DNA of 64,000 bases from a virus (Duplodnaviria > Caudoviricetes): the IMG/VR virus record IMGVR_UViG_3300017700_000409, positions 1 through 64,000 of that record; one strand, written 5' to 3'. The notes beneath the pieces are model-generated. The model did not search any database, was not told the origin of the DNA, and was given only the letters and a program-made list of their open reading frames with translations. Shown here one piece after another: positions 36,970-45,780 of this stretch; the stretch's first letter is position 1; each line of letters opens with the position of its first letter. A program made the position numbers and the translations under genes.

Positions 36970-37332
36970 TTAGATGTAGATGATTTTTGTTGGTGTATAA
37001 AAGCCGCCTTTAGTTCTTTCTCCTTCCGTGTCTCGCTCGCGCTCCCACCGGAGCCAATTGATTGGTTCCTTCATCATGTTCTCTCGGGCGAAGACCATCC
37101 CCGCCAGGAACAATCCAGCCGGGTCCGCGAGGCCGTAAGCAATATAATCATCCGGGTGGTAGTCCTTAAGGGCCTTCTTCAATTTGAATAGCGCGGGCCC
37201 GGGCATCCGGCCTGGGTGGTCTTGCGGGGTAAGGATCGGCATAACAGTTCCATAACGTTGAGCAGAGCTTAGGTCAGCGTTTTGCGACCAACTCTCTTGT
37301 ATCAACCAAACCTTTGGTTCACGTTCACTCAA
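36970..37332 (-). CDS. Hypothetical alpha/beta protein, paralog of 59878-60243
   Basis: V.L.QE, A..YGT, L.D...DY, DP, WLR., G.FY.P.KI shared with the paralog. Confidence 0.7.
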   Translation of the reverse strand: MSEREPKVWLIQESWSQNADLSSAQRYGTVMPILTPQDHPGRMPGPALFKLKKALKDYHPDDYIAYGLADPAGLFLAGMVFARENMMKEPINWLRWERERDTEGERTKGGFYTPTKIIYI

Positions 37333-37371
37333 ATCAATTCTCCTTTCTCGGGAGATTATAGAAGGGAAATT

Positions 37372-37764
37372 TTAACCAAGTCTTCCACGTTTAAACGGTC
37401 CTGCTATTGCGCGACTTAGCGAGGTATAACGGGTGTCCCCGCTAAACCAGTTCCACTCATGTGTATTCATCCATCTTACCAGTACGTACTTCTCCCCGGG
37501 CCATCCGCCTATATCAGAGAAGAATGGAATTTGCGGGGCCTCTAGTCCTAATTCAAACATGTGAGTGCGGTTAGGCGGGCACTTCGCAAGCTCCTTCACC
37601 TCTACAAAAAACTGCCGTCCTTTATCGGGTCCTTTGTAGATATCGAGGCGCGGAGAAACCCAAACGATGTAATCAGGTATTCCACGCATCCCATGAAGAC
37701 GCTTCCAAACACCAGGGAACTCGCCCCGCTCAATAGCAGCATAACAGTTGCCTTCATTTACCAT
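37372..37764 (-). CDS. PD-(D/E)xK nuclease (VRR-NUC/Holliday-junction resolvase-like)
   Basis: GIPDY...FVEVK, Q..F motifs. Confidence 0.75.
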   Translation of the reverse strand: MVNEGNCYAAIERGEFPGVWKRLHGMRGIPDYIVWVSPRLDIYKGPDKGRQFFVEVKELAKCPPNRTHMFELGLEAPQIPFFSDIGGWPGEKYVLVRWMNTHEWNWFSGDTRYTSLSRAIAGPFKRGRLG

Positions 37765-37847
37765 CGGTCGTTTCCTTACATCCGCCCCCTAGTGAATCAT
37801 AATCCAGGTATATCGTCTCCCACTCCTCCATCTCATCTTCGGAGGCC

Positions 37848-40811
37848 TCATCTAGCGGCAACCCGTTTCTCACTCTTCTTCGGCTTCTGGGCCTCGGGCT
37901 CCTTCTCCTGATCCTCTTGTTCGCCATTTTTACTCTCCAGCAACGCTGTGTTTACTTCTAGCTTGCGAACCTTCTCAACGAACACCATCCCATAGGTCGG
38001 GGCGTATTGTCCGCGAACAAGGTACCAATCCTCATCAATAACCCCGTGCTCAACAATAGGCAGCGCCATCTCTTCGTAGGGTTGCCCCTTCTTAATTCGA
38101 CACATCACGATCCCAGAGTCATCGGCAACCCGGAAGTTCAAGGCGAGCGTCGGCCCAGTCAACACCTTCCCGTTACGCTTTTGAACGCTGATCGTTTCAT
38201 TCGCATCTCGCACGTTCTTAGTCTTTAGCTTCCCGAGGAACACAATATTTTGATCTGGTTCCTGGTCGATGACCTCAAGTATTTTCCAAACATGCCCCCG
38301 TATCCCGAACTTCTCAGGGTCCTCATAGTATTCAGCAAATAAAGTCTCAGCTTCAAAGATGTTATCGAAAGGCGTAACGGGGTTCTCTAGCTTCTTCGCG
38401 AGCCCCGCCGGAAGCTGGTATTGCCTCATCGCAACTTCTTTTACTTTTTTCTTCCCGACTTTTTTGACGATGTTTATTTCAGTGAGTTTTTTATTGCGCC
38501 AATCGATAATCTTTTGGGCGGCATTACCGCCGACACCCCGGATATTCGTAAGCCCTCCATATAGCACACCATTCTTAACAGCCCAGTTGATTTCAGACTT
38601 TTCCGCGTCAACGGGGATATATTTGAAACCTTCTTTGACTAATTCGCGAAGTGTTAGAATGGTACTATCATCCCCCTTGGAGTTACGTAACTGAGCCGCT
38701 GCGTATTCAAGAGGAAACTTGCTTTTAAGAACACAGCACCAGTAGGAGACATTTCCATAAGCCACAGCATGGCTTCGGTTGAAGCCGTAGGAGCCCATCG
38801 TACACATGTGATCCCAAACGTGCTGACTTTCCTTTTCGGTGAGTCCATTCTTCTTCGCTCCTTCCCAAAACTTCCCATAGTAGCCATCGAAGTATTCTTT
38901 GCCGAGGCTCTTGCCCATCGCTTTACGCAGCGCGTTGACTTCTTCCCAGGTCAGATTGCCGATGTCTTTGGCGATCTTCATGACCTGCTCTTGATAGATA
39001 ACAGTGCCGAAGGTCACTTTTGTGATAGGCTCGGCCATTGGGTGGAGGTACTTAACCGCCTTCTTACCCGTCCGGACGTTCACGAAGTCGCCTGCAGACC
39101 CTGAGACTAGCGGCCCGGGGCGCGCGAGAGCGGTTAAAGCGATGATGTCCTCGATGTTCTCCACCTTCATCTGCCGGCACAAGCCCTCGACCGCGCGCCC
39201 CTCGAATTGGAAGATGCCGGTCATGCGGCGCTTGTTGATTACGTCAAAGGCCTTCTTATCGTCTAACGGATAGCTCTGGAGCCAGTGTATGTCCTTGCCT
39301 ACGTGCTCCAAGGTGTCTTGTATCACAGATAGGGTCCGGAGGCCTAGTGCGTCAATCTTTAGAAGATTGATCTTAGCCGCGTCACGCCAGTCGACTTGCG
39401 CCACACCCGTCCGTAGGTCCACCGAACAATAATGGTTAACCGGGTGCTGGGTGATAATAATTCCGGCCGCATGCTGCCCCGTATGGTTGGCGTGGTTCTC
39501 GATTTCTCCCGCGACCTTCATGGCGGGATACTTCTTGATGAACTCGCGCCCCATTGTATTGTCGGTGAACGTATCCATAATACACAGCATCGCACGCGCG
39601 TCGCCCGAGGACCGCTTGAGCATCGCGGCCTTAAGCGCCTCAGTCTCTTTAATCGGCACCTTCAATTCTTTTGCGACATCGTTGATGGCGCTGTCCGACT
39701 TGTACCGGCTTATGGTTCCGATGCGGGCGATGCGGTTACTCCCGTACTTCTCCTTGATGTAATCAAATACAAGCTCGCGCCTATCGTCCTGGAAGTCCAC
39801 ATCAATGTCGGGCAAGTCTGCGCGGCTAACGTCAATGAACCTCTCGAAGAGGAGCCCATAGTGGATAGGGTCAATGTCCGTGATACCTAGAAGGTAGCAA
39901 GTCAAAGAGCCGCAAGAGGAGCCGCGAGCCGGTCCCACCACCATATGTTGCTTCGCCCAGGCAATCATATCCGCCAATACAAAGAAGTAATCTTCAAACT
40001 TCTTATCCGAGATTAGCGTCAACTCGTTATGAAGCCGGTCACCATAAACCCTATTTTTCAAGTCAACCTTGCGGACCTTCGCGCCCTCGATACAAAGCTG
40101 GCGAAGCGTCTTCTTTGATTCAAACTTAACCATCTCCGCTTTCGGAAGCGTGACGTTACACTGATCATATAACTTCCCCGTCTCCTTGATAGCGGCCTCG
40201 GGGCACCAAGGTACATACACCCTCAACTCTTCCTCAGTGAGAATGTGAAAGCCCTCGGCAACGTTCTCCTTGAAGCGCGGGGAAATAATCTCATAGGCCC
40301 CATAATGCTCGGGACGGGGGTAGTAGTTATTTGAACCAGCGAGAGGCTTTAGGCCCCGCTCCATTGCTTGCTTGACGTTATACTCCTGGGCCCCGGGCGT
40401 TACGGCAACGTATGCCTTCGGCGGGGCCTTCCTCCAGTCTGTATCCGGGGCGATGACGATTAGGTTGGCCCAGTCTATCTCGTGTAGACCCAACCTGCTA
40501 AGCCGCCCCTTATCGTCCTCTGTGCTCTTCGTGGTTATCCGGTATATCTCCCGGAGCCCTACGTCATTGCGCGCTAGGAAGCGGTAGAAGTACACAGGCA
40601 CCTTAGTCTCATGCGAGGTGTCCATGACCGGAAGCTCTACGCCTAGGACGGGTTTCACGTTCGCCTTCTTCGCGGCATTGAAGAAGTCAACATGCCCCCA
40701 CGTCCCAGCGCGGTCAGCGATGCCCACTCCACCAGCAGTGAGAACCTTAGAGGTTTGCCCGAAGGTGCTGCGATAGGAATATTCAGTGCGGCAGAATAGG
40801 TTTTTGAACAT
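37848..40811 (-). CDS. dnaE: DNA polymerase III alpha subunit (family C)
   Basis: GPARGS..GSL..Y.LGITDIDP, LLFERF, PDIDVDF, HAAG, KIDALGLRTL, IYQEQ, Y.FNRSHA.AY, C-terminal OB fold; 987 aa. Confidence 0.95.
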   Translation of the reverse strand: MFKNLFCRTEYSYRSTFGQTSKVLTAGGVGIADRAGTWGHVDFFNAAKKANVKPVLGVELPVMDTSHETKVPVYFYRFLARNDVGLREIYRITTKSTEDDKGRLSRLGLHEIDWANLIVIAPDTDWRKAPPKAYVAVTPGAQEYNVKQAMERGLKPLAGSNNYYPRPEHYGAYEIISPRFKENVAEGFHILTEEELRVYVPWCPEAAIKETGKLYDQCNVTLPKAEMVKFESKKTLRQLCIEGAKVRKVDLKNRVYGDRLHNELTLISDKKFEDYFFVLADMIAWAKQHMVVGPARGSSCGSLTCYLLGITDIDPIHYGLLFERFIDVSRADLPDIDVDFQDDRRELVFDYIKEKYGSNRIARIGTISRYKSDSAINDVAKELKVPIKETEALKAAMLKRSSGDARAMLCIMDTFTDNTMGREFIKKYPAMKVAGEIENHANHTGQHAAGIIITQHPVNHYCSVDLRTGVAQVDWRDAAKINLLKIDALGLRTLSVIQDTLEHVGKDIHWLQSYPLDDKKAFDVINKRRMTGIFQFEGRAVEGLCRQMKVENIEDIIALTALARPGPLVSGSAGDFVNVRTGKKAVKYLHPMAEPITKVTFGTVIYQEQVMKIAKDIGNLTWEEVNALRKAMGKSLGKEYFDGYYGKFWEGAKKNGLTEKESQHVWDHMCTMGSYGFNRSHAVAYGNVSYWCCVLKSKFPLEYAAAQLRNSKGDDSTILTLRELVKEGFKYIPVDAEKSEINWAVKNGVLYGGLTNIRGVGGNAAQKIIDWRNKKLTEINIVKKVGKKKVKEVAMRQYQLPAGLAKKLENPVTPFDNIFEAETLFAEYYEDPEKFGIRGHVWKILEVIDQEPDQNIVFLGKLKTKNVRDANETISVQKRNGKVLTGPTLALNFRVADDSGIVMCRIKKGQPYEEMALPIVEHGVIDEDWYLVRGQYAPTYGMVFVEKVRKLEVNTALLESKNGEQEDQEKEPEAQKPKKSEKRVAAR

Positions 40812-40816
40812 GTTAG

Positions 40817-40987
40817 TTACTCCAAGCTAGCGATGAACTCTTTTGCCTTCTTATCCGCCCACTCTCCATCAGACATAACCGGAGCGTCCTTCGGGCAGAT
40901 AACTCCGGCGGCTCCCATAAACCGCCCTAGCTCTAGGGCTTGTTTAAGAAGCATCGCAATTCCAACCTCAATATGTCTCTCTTTCAT
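40817..40987 (-). CDS. Hypothetical protein
   Basis: Start moved to ATG40987 (SD AAGGA). Confidence 0.5.
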   Translation of the reverse strand: MKERHIEVGIAMLLKQALELGRFMGAAGVICPKDAPVMSDGEWADKKAKEFIASLE

Positions 40988-41000
40988 CTTCTTGTCCTTT

Positions 41001-41330
41001 CTAAGCGAGCAGATGCCAGCCGCGCAAATGTAGTTGCTTTTTCTCGCGTCTATGAAGAATGTAAACGTTCCATTCCTCTGTATCAAAATAAGCTTCACGC
41101 AAAAGATTTATGCCCGCGAGAACGTCTGCGATTTCATCGGCAACCCAAACGCGGTTTACCTTCTGAGTAACCGGCTCACGCTCATCGATCCCTTGTATAA
41201 TACAGCGAGCCAACGCAGATTGAAGCTCTCCAAGCTCCTCGATTAGTTTGCCTAACTGTTTCAGTGTAACCGGGTCCGTAATAGGATGCCACGGGTTTGC
41301 TGGCTTTAGATCATCTACATCAATCGGCAT
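41001..41330 (-). CDS. MazG-like nucleotide pyrophosphohydrolase
   Basis: KLIEELGEL...DEIADV motif (ExxE...ExxD). Confidence 0.75.
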   Translation of the reverse strand: MPIDVDDLKPANPWHPITDPVTLKQLGKLIEELGELQSALARCIIQGIDEREPVTQKVNRVWVADEIADVLAGINLLREAYFDTEEWNVYILHRREKKQLHLRGWHLLA

Positions 41331-41331
41331 C

Positions 41332-41586
41332 TCACCCTCTCTTTTCTCTGTAACCATTTGTTGCGCAAAAATGAGTAAAGTCCAAAGTCTTTAATTTATT
41401 AACATAATCTGCTTTTGACCTCCAAAGAGATGGGCATTTTTCACATGTAACAGAACTATAACGACTTGGTGAAAAACGGTAACCATTGAAGGCGGACCTG
41501 TTGCCGTTTCTTTCGACAACCCACCAGCGTCTTTTTTCTAATGGTTTGTTTCTCTCTTTGCAATTACAAACTGCTCCGCCACTCAT
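41332..41586 (-). CDS. Zn-finger hypothetical protein
   Basis: CNC...SAFNG...S.YS...C..C...WRS.A.YV. Confidence 0.6.
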   Translation of the reverse strand: MSGGAVCNCKERNKPLEKRRWWVVERNGNRSAFNGYRFSPSRYSSVTCEKCPSLWRSKADYVNKLKTLDFTHFCATNGYREKRG

Positions 41587-42443
41587 TTTCTATTCTCCAG
41601 AATATGGAAGTAACAACGAGCGCAGGCAATAACATCAGGTGTGGCGCGGTGAGCCGGGAAGCCTTCGCCAAAGAGATGCTCGTGAAGTTGAGTTAGCGTC
41701 ATTCTATGGCCCTTGATATCCATACTCATCTGAACTGTATCAACAACCGTTAACGGCCAAGGGAACCCTTCCGCCCCAACTCGCTTAAGTTCAAACCCGA
41801 GCATTTGAAAATCAAACCAAGGATTGTGACCGACAGCGCGGCGTACACCCCAGAACAATTCTTTGAGCGTCGGGAGGTAGGTGATGAACTTCGGTTGATC
41901 CTTTAGCATCTCATCTGTGATGCCTGTGATCTTCGGGATATTCGGAACCCTTGAGTTGTTAGGATCACCTTTAGGAAGGAGGAAGCCGGGGTTAATAAGA
42001 AACTCAACATGCTCAACCTCCTTCTTCCCCTCGAATATTGTACCAGAGAACTCAATGACGGACGGCTGAAGGTTTAGGTCAACAGCGCCATTAACAGGAA
42101 GGCCTGTTGTCTCAGTGTCAAACACCAGCGTCAGGTCGGGCTTTGCGATCTGCTTTTGAACCTTCCGTTGTACGCCTATCACCAGCGGTACGTTTGCGTC
42201 GGCAATCGAAGCGGATGCGGAGGATACGGATGCGCCTGTCTTCTCCCGAGCGGCCCCGGGCTTCGCGCCCGCTGTCCCAGAGACGGCGCGATCCTTCCCT
42301 GGCGTTTCCCGGGAAACCAACTCCGATTTCTTCTGCTCCGCGCCTTTCGCCTTTGCGCTCATCTCTTGCTTTTGCTTCTTCACGCTTTTCTTCTTCACCA
42401 CAAGAGCACTCACGCTGCGCCTCTTCAACTGCTGCATCCGCAT
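41583..42443 (-). CDS. DEDDh 3'-5' exonuclease (DnaQ/epsilon-like) with long basic N-terminal extension; start uncertain
   Basis: FDTETTGL, GHN..FD, DT, HRA..DV motifs. Confidence 0.85.
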   Translation of the reverse strand: MRMQQLKRRSVSALVVKKKSVKKQKQEMSAKAKGAEQKKSELVSRETPGKDRAVSGTAGAKPGAAREKTGASVSSASASIADANVPLVIGVQRKVQKQIAKPDLTLVFDTETTGLPVNGAVDLNLQPSVIEFSGTIFEGKKEVEHVEFLINPGFLLPKGDPNNSRVPNIPKITGITDEMLKDQPKFITYLPTLKELFWGVRRAVGHNPWFDFQMLGFELKRVGAEGFPWPLTVVDTVQMSMDIKGHRMTLTQLHEHLFGEGFPAHRATPDVIACARCYFHILENRK

Positions 42444-42792
42444 ATTCCCCGTTCTCGACATTGTCTAGCTCCTGTTGTATTGCCCAGTAGACGATTGAAT
42501 CAATTGCGCTGTCTTCGTGCCCGCCTGTATTAAAGTTCTTACAATAGCGAGAGAGCTTGCTTATGATGTTGAAGAGATTAGATGCCCTCGCAAAATCCCC
42601 TTCCGTCTCTAGTTTCAATCCGGACGGGAACAATACTTTCAGCATAACCCCGAAATATTCATAGTTGTTCCCATACTCGCGGTTTTTCTCTTTGAACATT
42701 TCGATTGCGCATCTCATTACCGCAACGGGATTGTGAATATTCACCTCTTTCATCGCCTTAACAAACTCCGGATCAGGCCGATTCATTTGCAT
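42118..42792 (-). CDS. All-alpha NTP-pyrophosphatase-like protein (DUF6378/NMAD1-type) with charged C-tail
   Basis: KN.EYG, KL.RY, GH.DS..D..VY.A motifs. Confidence 0.6.
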   Translation of the reverse strand: MQMNRPDPEFVKAMKEVNIHNPVAVMRCAIEMFKEKNREYGNNYEYFGVMLKVLFPSGLKLETEGDFARASNLFNIISKLSRYCKNFNTGGHEDSAIDSIVYWAIQQELDNVENGEYADAAVEEAQRECSCGEEEKREEAKARDERKGERRGAEEIGVGFPGNAREGSRRLWDSGREARGRSGEDRRIRILRIRFDCRRKRTAGDRRTTEGSKADRKARPDAGV

Positions 42793-43336
42793 TGATCCTT
42801 ATGCAAGCTTTGAAATCGAAGCCCAGTGCCTCGCGGCTCCCGAAGATAATATTATGGTAGGTGCGCTTGCCGGCAATAATCGGGTTGGTGTGCTTGTAGG
42901 AGGTGTCTTCCCAGACGGGGTGTATATCTCGCTGCCCAAGATGAAAACGCCAATCCTTCCCCTCTTCCTCTGTGCAATGAATTCCGAGATGGCTTATGAA
43001 AGGCATATCCACACCCATGCTTCCGAGTTTTTCATAAAGGCTCGGAGCATAGAGGCCCAGTGGAGATATTCCACGGTTTGAAACAGAGTGGAAATTGTGA
43101 AGCGAAAGGAACTGGATCAACTCCAACTCCTTAAAAGGAATGTCTTGCTCATAGTTATAGAACAGTTTGAACTCAACTTCCTTGGGCTCCGGATAACCGG
43201 CAACAACCGCTCTGCTATAAGCGTGGTCGTGAGACCATGTTGATCCGCCAATCCACTTCATCAAAGTAGATGGGAACCGCGTGGCGATAGCGAGTTGATC
43301 GAAGTCCGCTTCACGCCCAAAAATATTCATCTTCAT
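42773..43336 (-). CDS. VOC/glyoxalase-fold-like protein
   Basis: FDQLAIA (beta1), LELIQF (beta4), SHLGIHC (second repeat); fold inferred by eye. Confidence 0.5.
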   Translation of the reverse strand: MKMNIFGREADFDQLAIATRFPSTLMKWIGGSTWSHDHAYSRAVVAGYPEPKEVEFKLFYNYEQDIPFKELELIQFLSLHNFHSVSNRGISPLGLYAPSLYEKLGSMGVDMPFISHLGIHCTEEEGKDWRFHLGQRDIHPVWEDTSYKHTNPIIAGKRTYHNIIFGSREALGFDFKACIRINANESA

Positions 43337-43470
43337 AGTTCTAAGTCTCCATCGCAATCGCCAATTGAACCTTTTTCATTCGCCTCGCGCTCTTTCTTAG
43401 CGTCCTCGGGCGTCCAACCCGCTTCAATTAATCTTTGCTCAAACTCATCACACGACATGTCCTTACCCAT
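43333..43470 (-). CDS. Hypothetical acidic 45-aa protein (not in ORF track)
   Basis: MGKDMSCDEFEQRLIEAGWTPEDA...; ATGA-coupled. Confidence 0.5.
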   Translation of the reverse strand: MGKDMSCDEFEQRLIEAGWTPEDAKKEREANEKGSIGDCDGDLEL

Positions 43471-43472
43471 CT

Positions 43473-44234
43473 CTAGGCTCCATACGGAATGATACAGCCG
43501 GTTAGATACTTATGCCGCTCTTTGTTCTGGAGGAGGAAGGCAATGAACTCAGCGACTGCCTTCGGGGGTGTCGGAACCCCGTTGGGGATCATGGATGCTT
43601 GCTTAGCTTCCGCCTCTTCCTCTGTCCAGCCCCGGAGCCCCGGGACTTGGGACTTCACTGAATTACTAATCCCCGTCCCCTCTAGGACGTTCGGAGCGAT
43701 AGCGAACACATCGATGCCGTGCCTCGGCTTAAGCTCGCGGGCCATTTGCCGCGTCATCATGTGAACTGCGGCCTTACTCGCGTTGTAGATGTGGGTGCAG
43801 GTCATCGGTGTCCAGGCCGCTGTGGAGCCGATGTTGATAATTGTGCCGCCTTCAGACTTATCGAATGGGCGATACTTGCGGCCGTCCGGTCCTCGGGCCG
43901 ACAGATAGGGGATAGCCGCCCGGGTCATGTTGAAGATGCCCTTGCAGTTTGTATCCATAATCGCATTCCAGTCTTCGTCTTTGGCGTTCTCGATAAAGCT
44001 GAGCGGGGAAACTCCTGCGCAGTTGATGAGCACGTCAATCGAGCGTTTGCGTTTCTCTCCTGGAGGACAGTGATGATCAAGGAACGCTTCGCAATCAATC
44101 GGGCTTCTCACATCATATACAGGATATGAGAAATCCAAAACTTCATGTGTGGTCTGGGCGTTGTCTCCTTGAAGCGCAAATTTAATCTCTTGACCAAGGC
44201 CGCTGGACGCTCCGGTGATAACAATACGACTCAT
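43473..44234 (-). CDS. Short-chain dehydrogenase/reductase (classical SDR)
   Basis: ITGASSGLG, NCAG, NIGS, YNASK catalytic motif. Confidence 0.9.
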   Translation of the reverse strand: MSRIVITGASSGLGQEIKFALQGDNAQTTHEVLDFSYPVYDVRSPIDCEAFLDHHCPPGEKRKRSIDVLINCAGVSPLSFIENAKDEDWNAIMDTNCKGIFNMTRAAIPYLSARGPDGRKYRPFDKSEGGTIINIGSTAAWTPMTCTHIYNASKAAVHMMTRQMARELKPRHGIDVFAIAPNVLEGTGISNSVKSQVPGLRGWTEEEAEAKQASMIPNGVPTPPKAVAEFIAFLLQNKERHKYLTGCIIPYGA

Positions 44235-44692
44235 TTAAAAAACTCCTGTCTGTAGAGAAGGGCGGGGATGCCGTTCATGTTGAATGCGTTCGCAACGTCT
44301 TTCCGGTCTTCGATGATTAGAGAGGCCTTTGCTATGGGTTTGAAATCTCCAAGAAATTGAGCGTACATCTTCATCTTTAGAACAGGCGACGTGTCTTCAT
44401 TCCCGTAAGGACGCATGAAAACGGCATCTTGCGGGATGTTGGCGGCTTTTATCTGCTCAATAGTTTCGTTGCGGTACTCCTCGGAACGGGCCGTAAAGAT
44501 GATGGAGTTGTTATCGAGAGCGAAAGCCCGCGCCACCATTACCATTTGCGGGATAGGAGGGGCTACGAGTTGGAACCTTACAACCGCGTCATAGTCCTTT
44601 TTGGCGTAAGCCTCCTTGGAGACATCCCGGAACTTAAACAAAACACCATCCAGGTCCCAGATGATTGATGTTTTAAATTTTAGCGGCGGCAT
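44231..44692 (-). CDS. HAD-family phosphatase (PNKP-phosphatase-like)
   Basis: Start moved to ATG44692; WDLDGVL, FTAR, MRP, K, IEDR motifs. Confidence 0.85.
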   Translation of the reverse strand: MPPLKFKTSIIWDLDGVLFKFRDVSKEAYAKKDYDAVVRFQLVAPPIPQMVMVARAFALDNNSIIFTARSEEYRNETIEQIKAANIPQDAVFMRPYGNEDTSPVLKMKMYAQFLGDFKPIAKASLIIEDRKDVANAFNMNGIPALLYRQEFFK

Positions 44693-44870
44693 CTTTTGTT
44701 CCTTTCTTACAGGCTTTAGGGTCTGGAGACCAACGGGTGAATACTGACTTTGTATTACAAGATGAAGCGACCCGTTTTTGTTCAAAGGCGCAGTTAACAC
44801 AAACCCGGTGTTCGTCCGTTGGATAGCTCCAGGCGTGCGCTACATATACAGTTGGCTTCCGCGCCATCAC
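44673..44870 (-). CDS. Small Cys-containing hypothetical protein
   Basis: SD GGAGG; H.W...C.NC...C. Confidence 0.5.
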   Translation of the reverse strand: MMARKPTVYVAHAWSYPTDEHRVCVNCAFEQKRVASSCNTKSVFTRWSPDPKACKKGTKDAAAKI

Positions 44871-44962
44871 ACGCCCTCCTCAGGCGGTTGCTTCTCACAA
44901 TGGTTAGGATCGCCAATTACAGCAATTTCATTTGGGGTGGCGGAACAATATTTACAAAGCAT
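44867..44962 (-). CDS. Possible 31-aa protein
   Basis: MLCKYC...HC; stop overlaps the next start. Confidence 0.3.
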   Translation of the reverse strand: MLCKYCSATPNEIAVIGDPNHCEKQPPEEGV

Positions 44963-45045
44963 ATTTCCGCCATGACCTAGGTTTGCATATTTAAATTCAT
45001 GAGGACCATACTTCGCCCGCTCCTCTTCCGGCTTCCAAGCGAACA

Positions 45046-45774
45046 TTAGCCAATCTCCTGACGGGCGCGGTCAATATCCTTGAGCGCATCGACAGCCAGA
45101 GTGGTGTCTTGGTTCCGGAACTTCGCAATGAACGCCTCGACCTTATCGAAGACACCCCGGCCCCTCGGGAATAGGAACTGCTCCGCCCAGGGGTGGACAT
45201 CGAGAATAGCGGAGTGCATAGCCGCTAGAACCTCGCGGTATTCGTCCTGGACCCGTCCGCCCGTCCGCTTCCGGGCTAGCTCCGACATTGTGCGGAGGTT
45301 GAATTTAGCGACAAGGTTGGTGTGGATGTTTAAAGGAAGGACGCCCCGGGCATCTTCCGCCGGCACTCCCATAGCAATCATATCATTATAACCTTCGCGA
45401 ATTTTATCCATTGTGCGCTGATAAATCCCGAATTGTTCTCTCATCATCAGAGGGACAAGAGACTTCGGCACAACGTAAGTGAATGCCGCATTGATAAGCA
45501 TCCGCAACGTTTGTTGAGCATAGGAGCCTTGGCGCGTCCTTACGAGTTGATTGGCGAAGGCGCGGCTCACGTCCGTAATCAAGAAGACATAATCACAGAA
45601 CTCCCAAGAGCTAGGGATTGTGCGGCTCATATACTTGAGGCCTTCGGCCTTCTCCTCTTCCGACATCGCCTGTATCTTCTCGAAAGTATCCTTGCCAAGC
45701 GTCAGCCGGGTTTCCTTTGTGAAGAGAAGAAGGTCAACGGCACCGTGAGTGTAGTTAATCAGTTCAACTTTCAT
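45046..45774 (-). CDS. ThyX-fold flavoprotein with divergent active site
   Basis: SRAFANQLVRTRQGSYAQQTLR, EDARGVLP, N.R, QDEYR align to ThyX; canonical RHRx7S reads RTRx7T. Confidence 0.85.
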   Translation of the reverse strand: MKVELINYTHGAVDLLLFTKETRLTLGKDTFEKIQAMSEEEKAEGLKYMSRTIPSSWEFCDYVFLITDVSRAFANQLVRTRQGSYAQQTLRMLINAAFTYVVPKSLVPLMMREQFGIYQRTMDKIREGYNDMIAMGVPAEDARGVLPLNIHTNLVAKFNLRTMSELARKRTGGRVQDEYREVLAAMHSAILDVHPWAEQFLFPRGRGVFDKVEAFIAKFRNQDTTLAVDALKDIDRARQEIG

Positions 45775-45780
45775 TTCCTA

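Noticed and set aside
37848-40811. Intein or intron in dnaE
   Set aside because: Continuous 987-aa ORF with no Cys...His-Asn splice motifs or LAGLIDADG blocks
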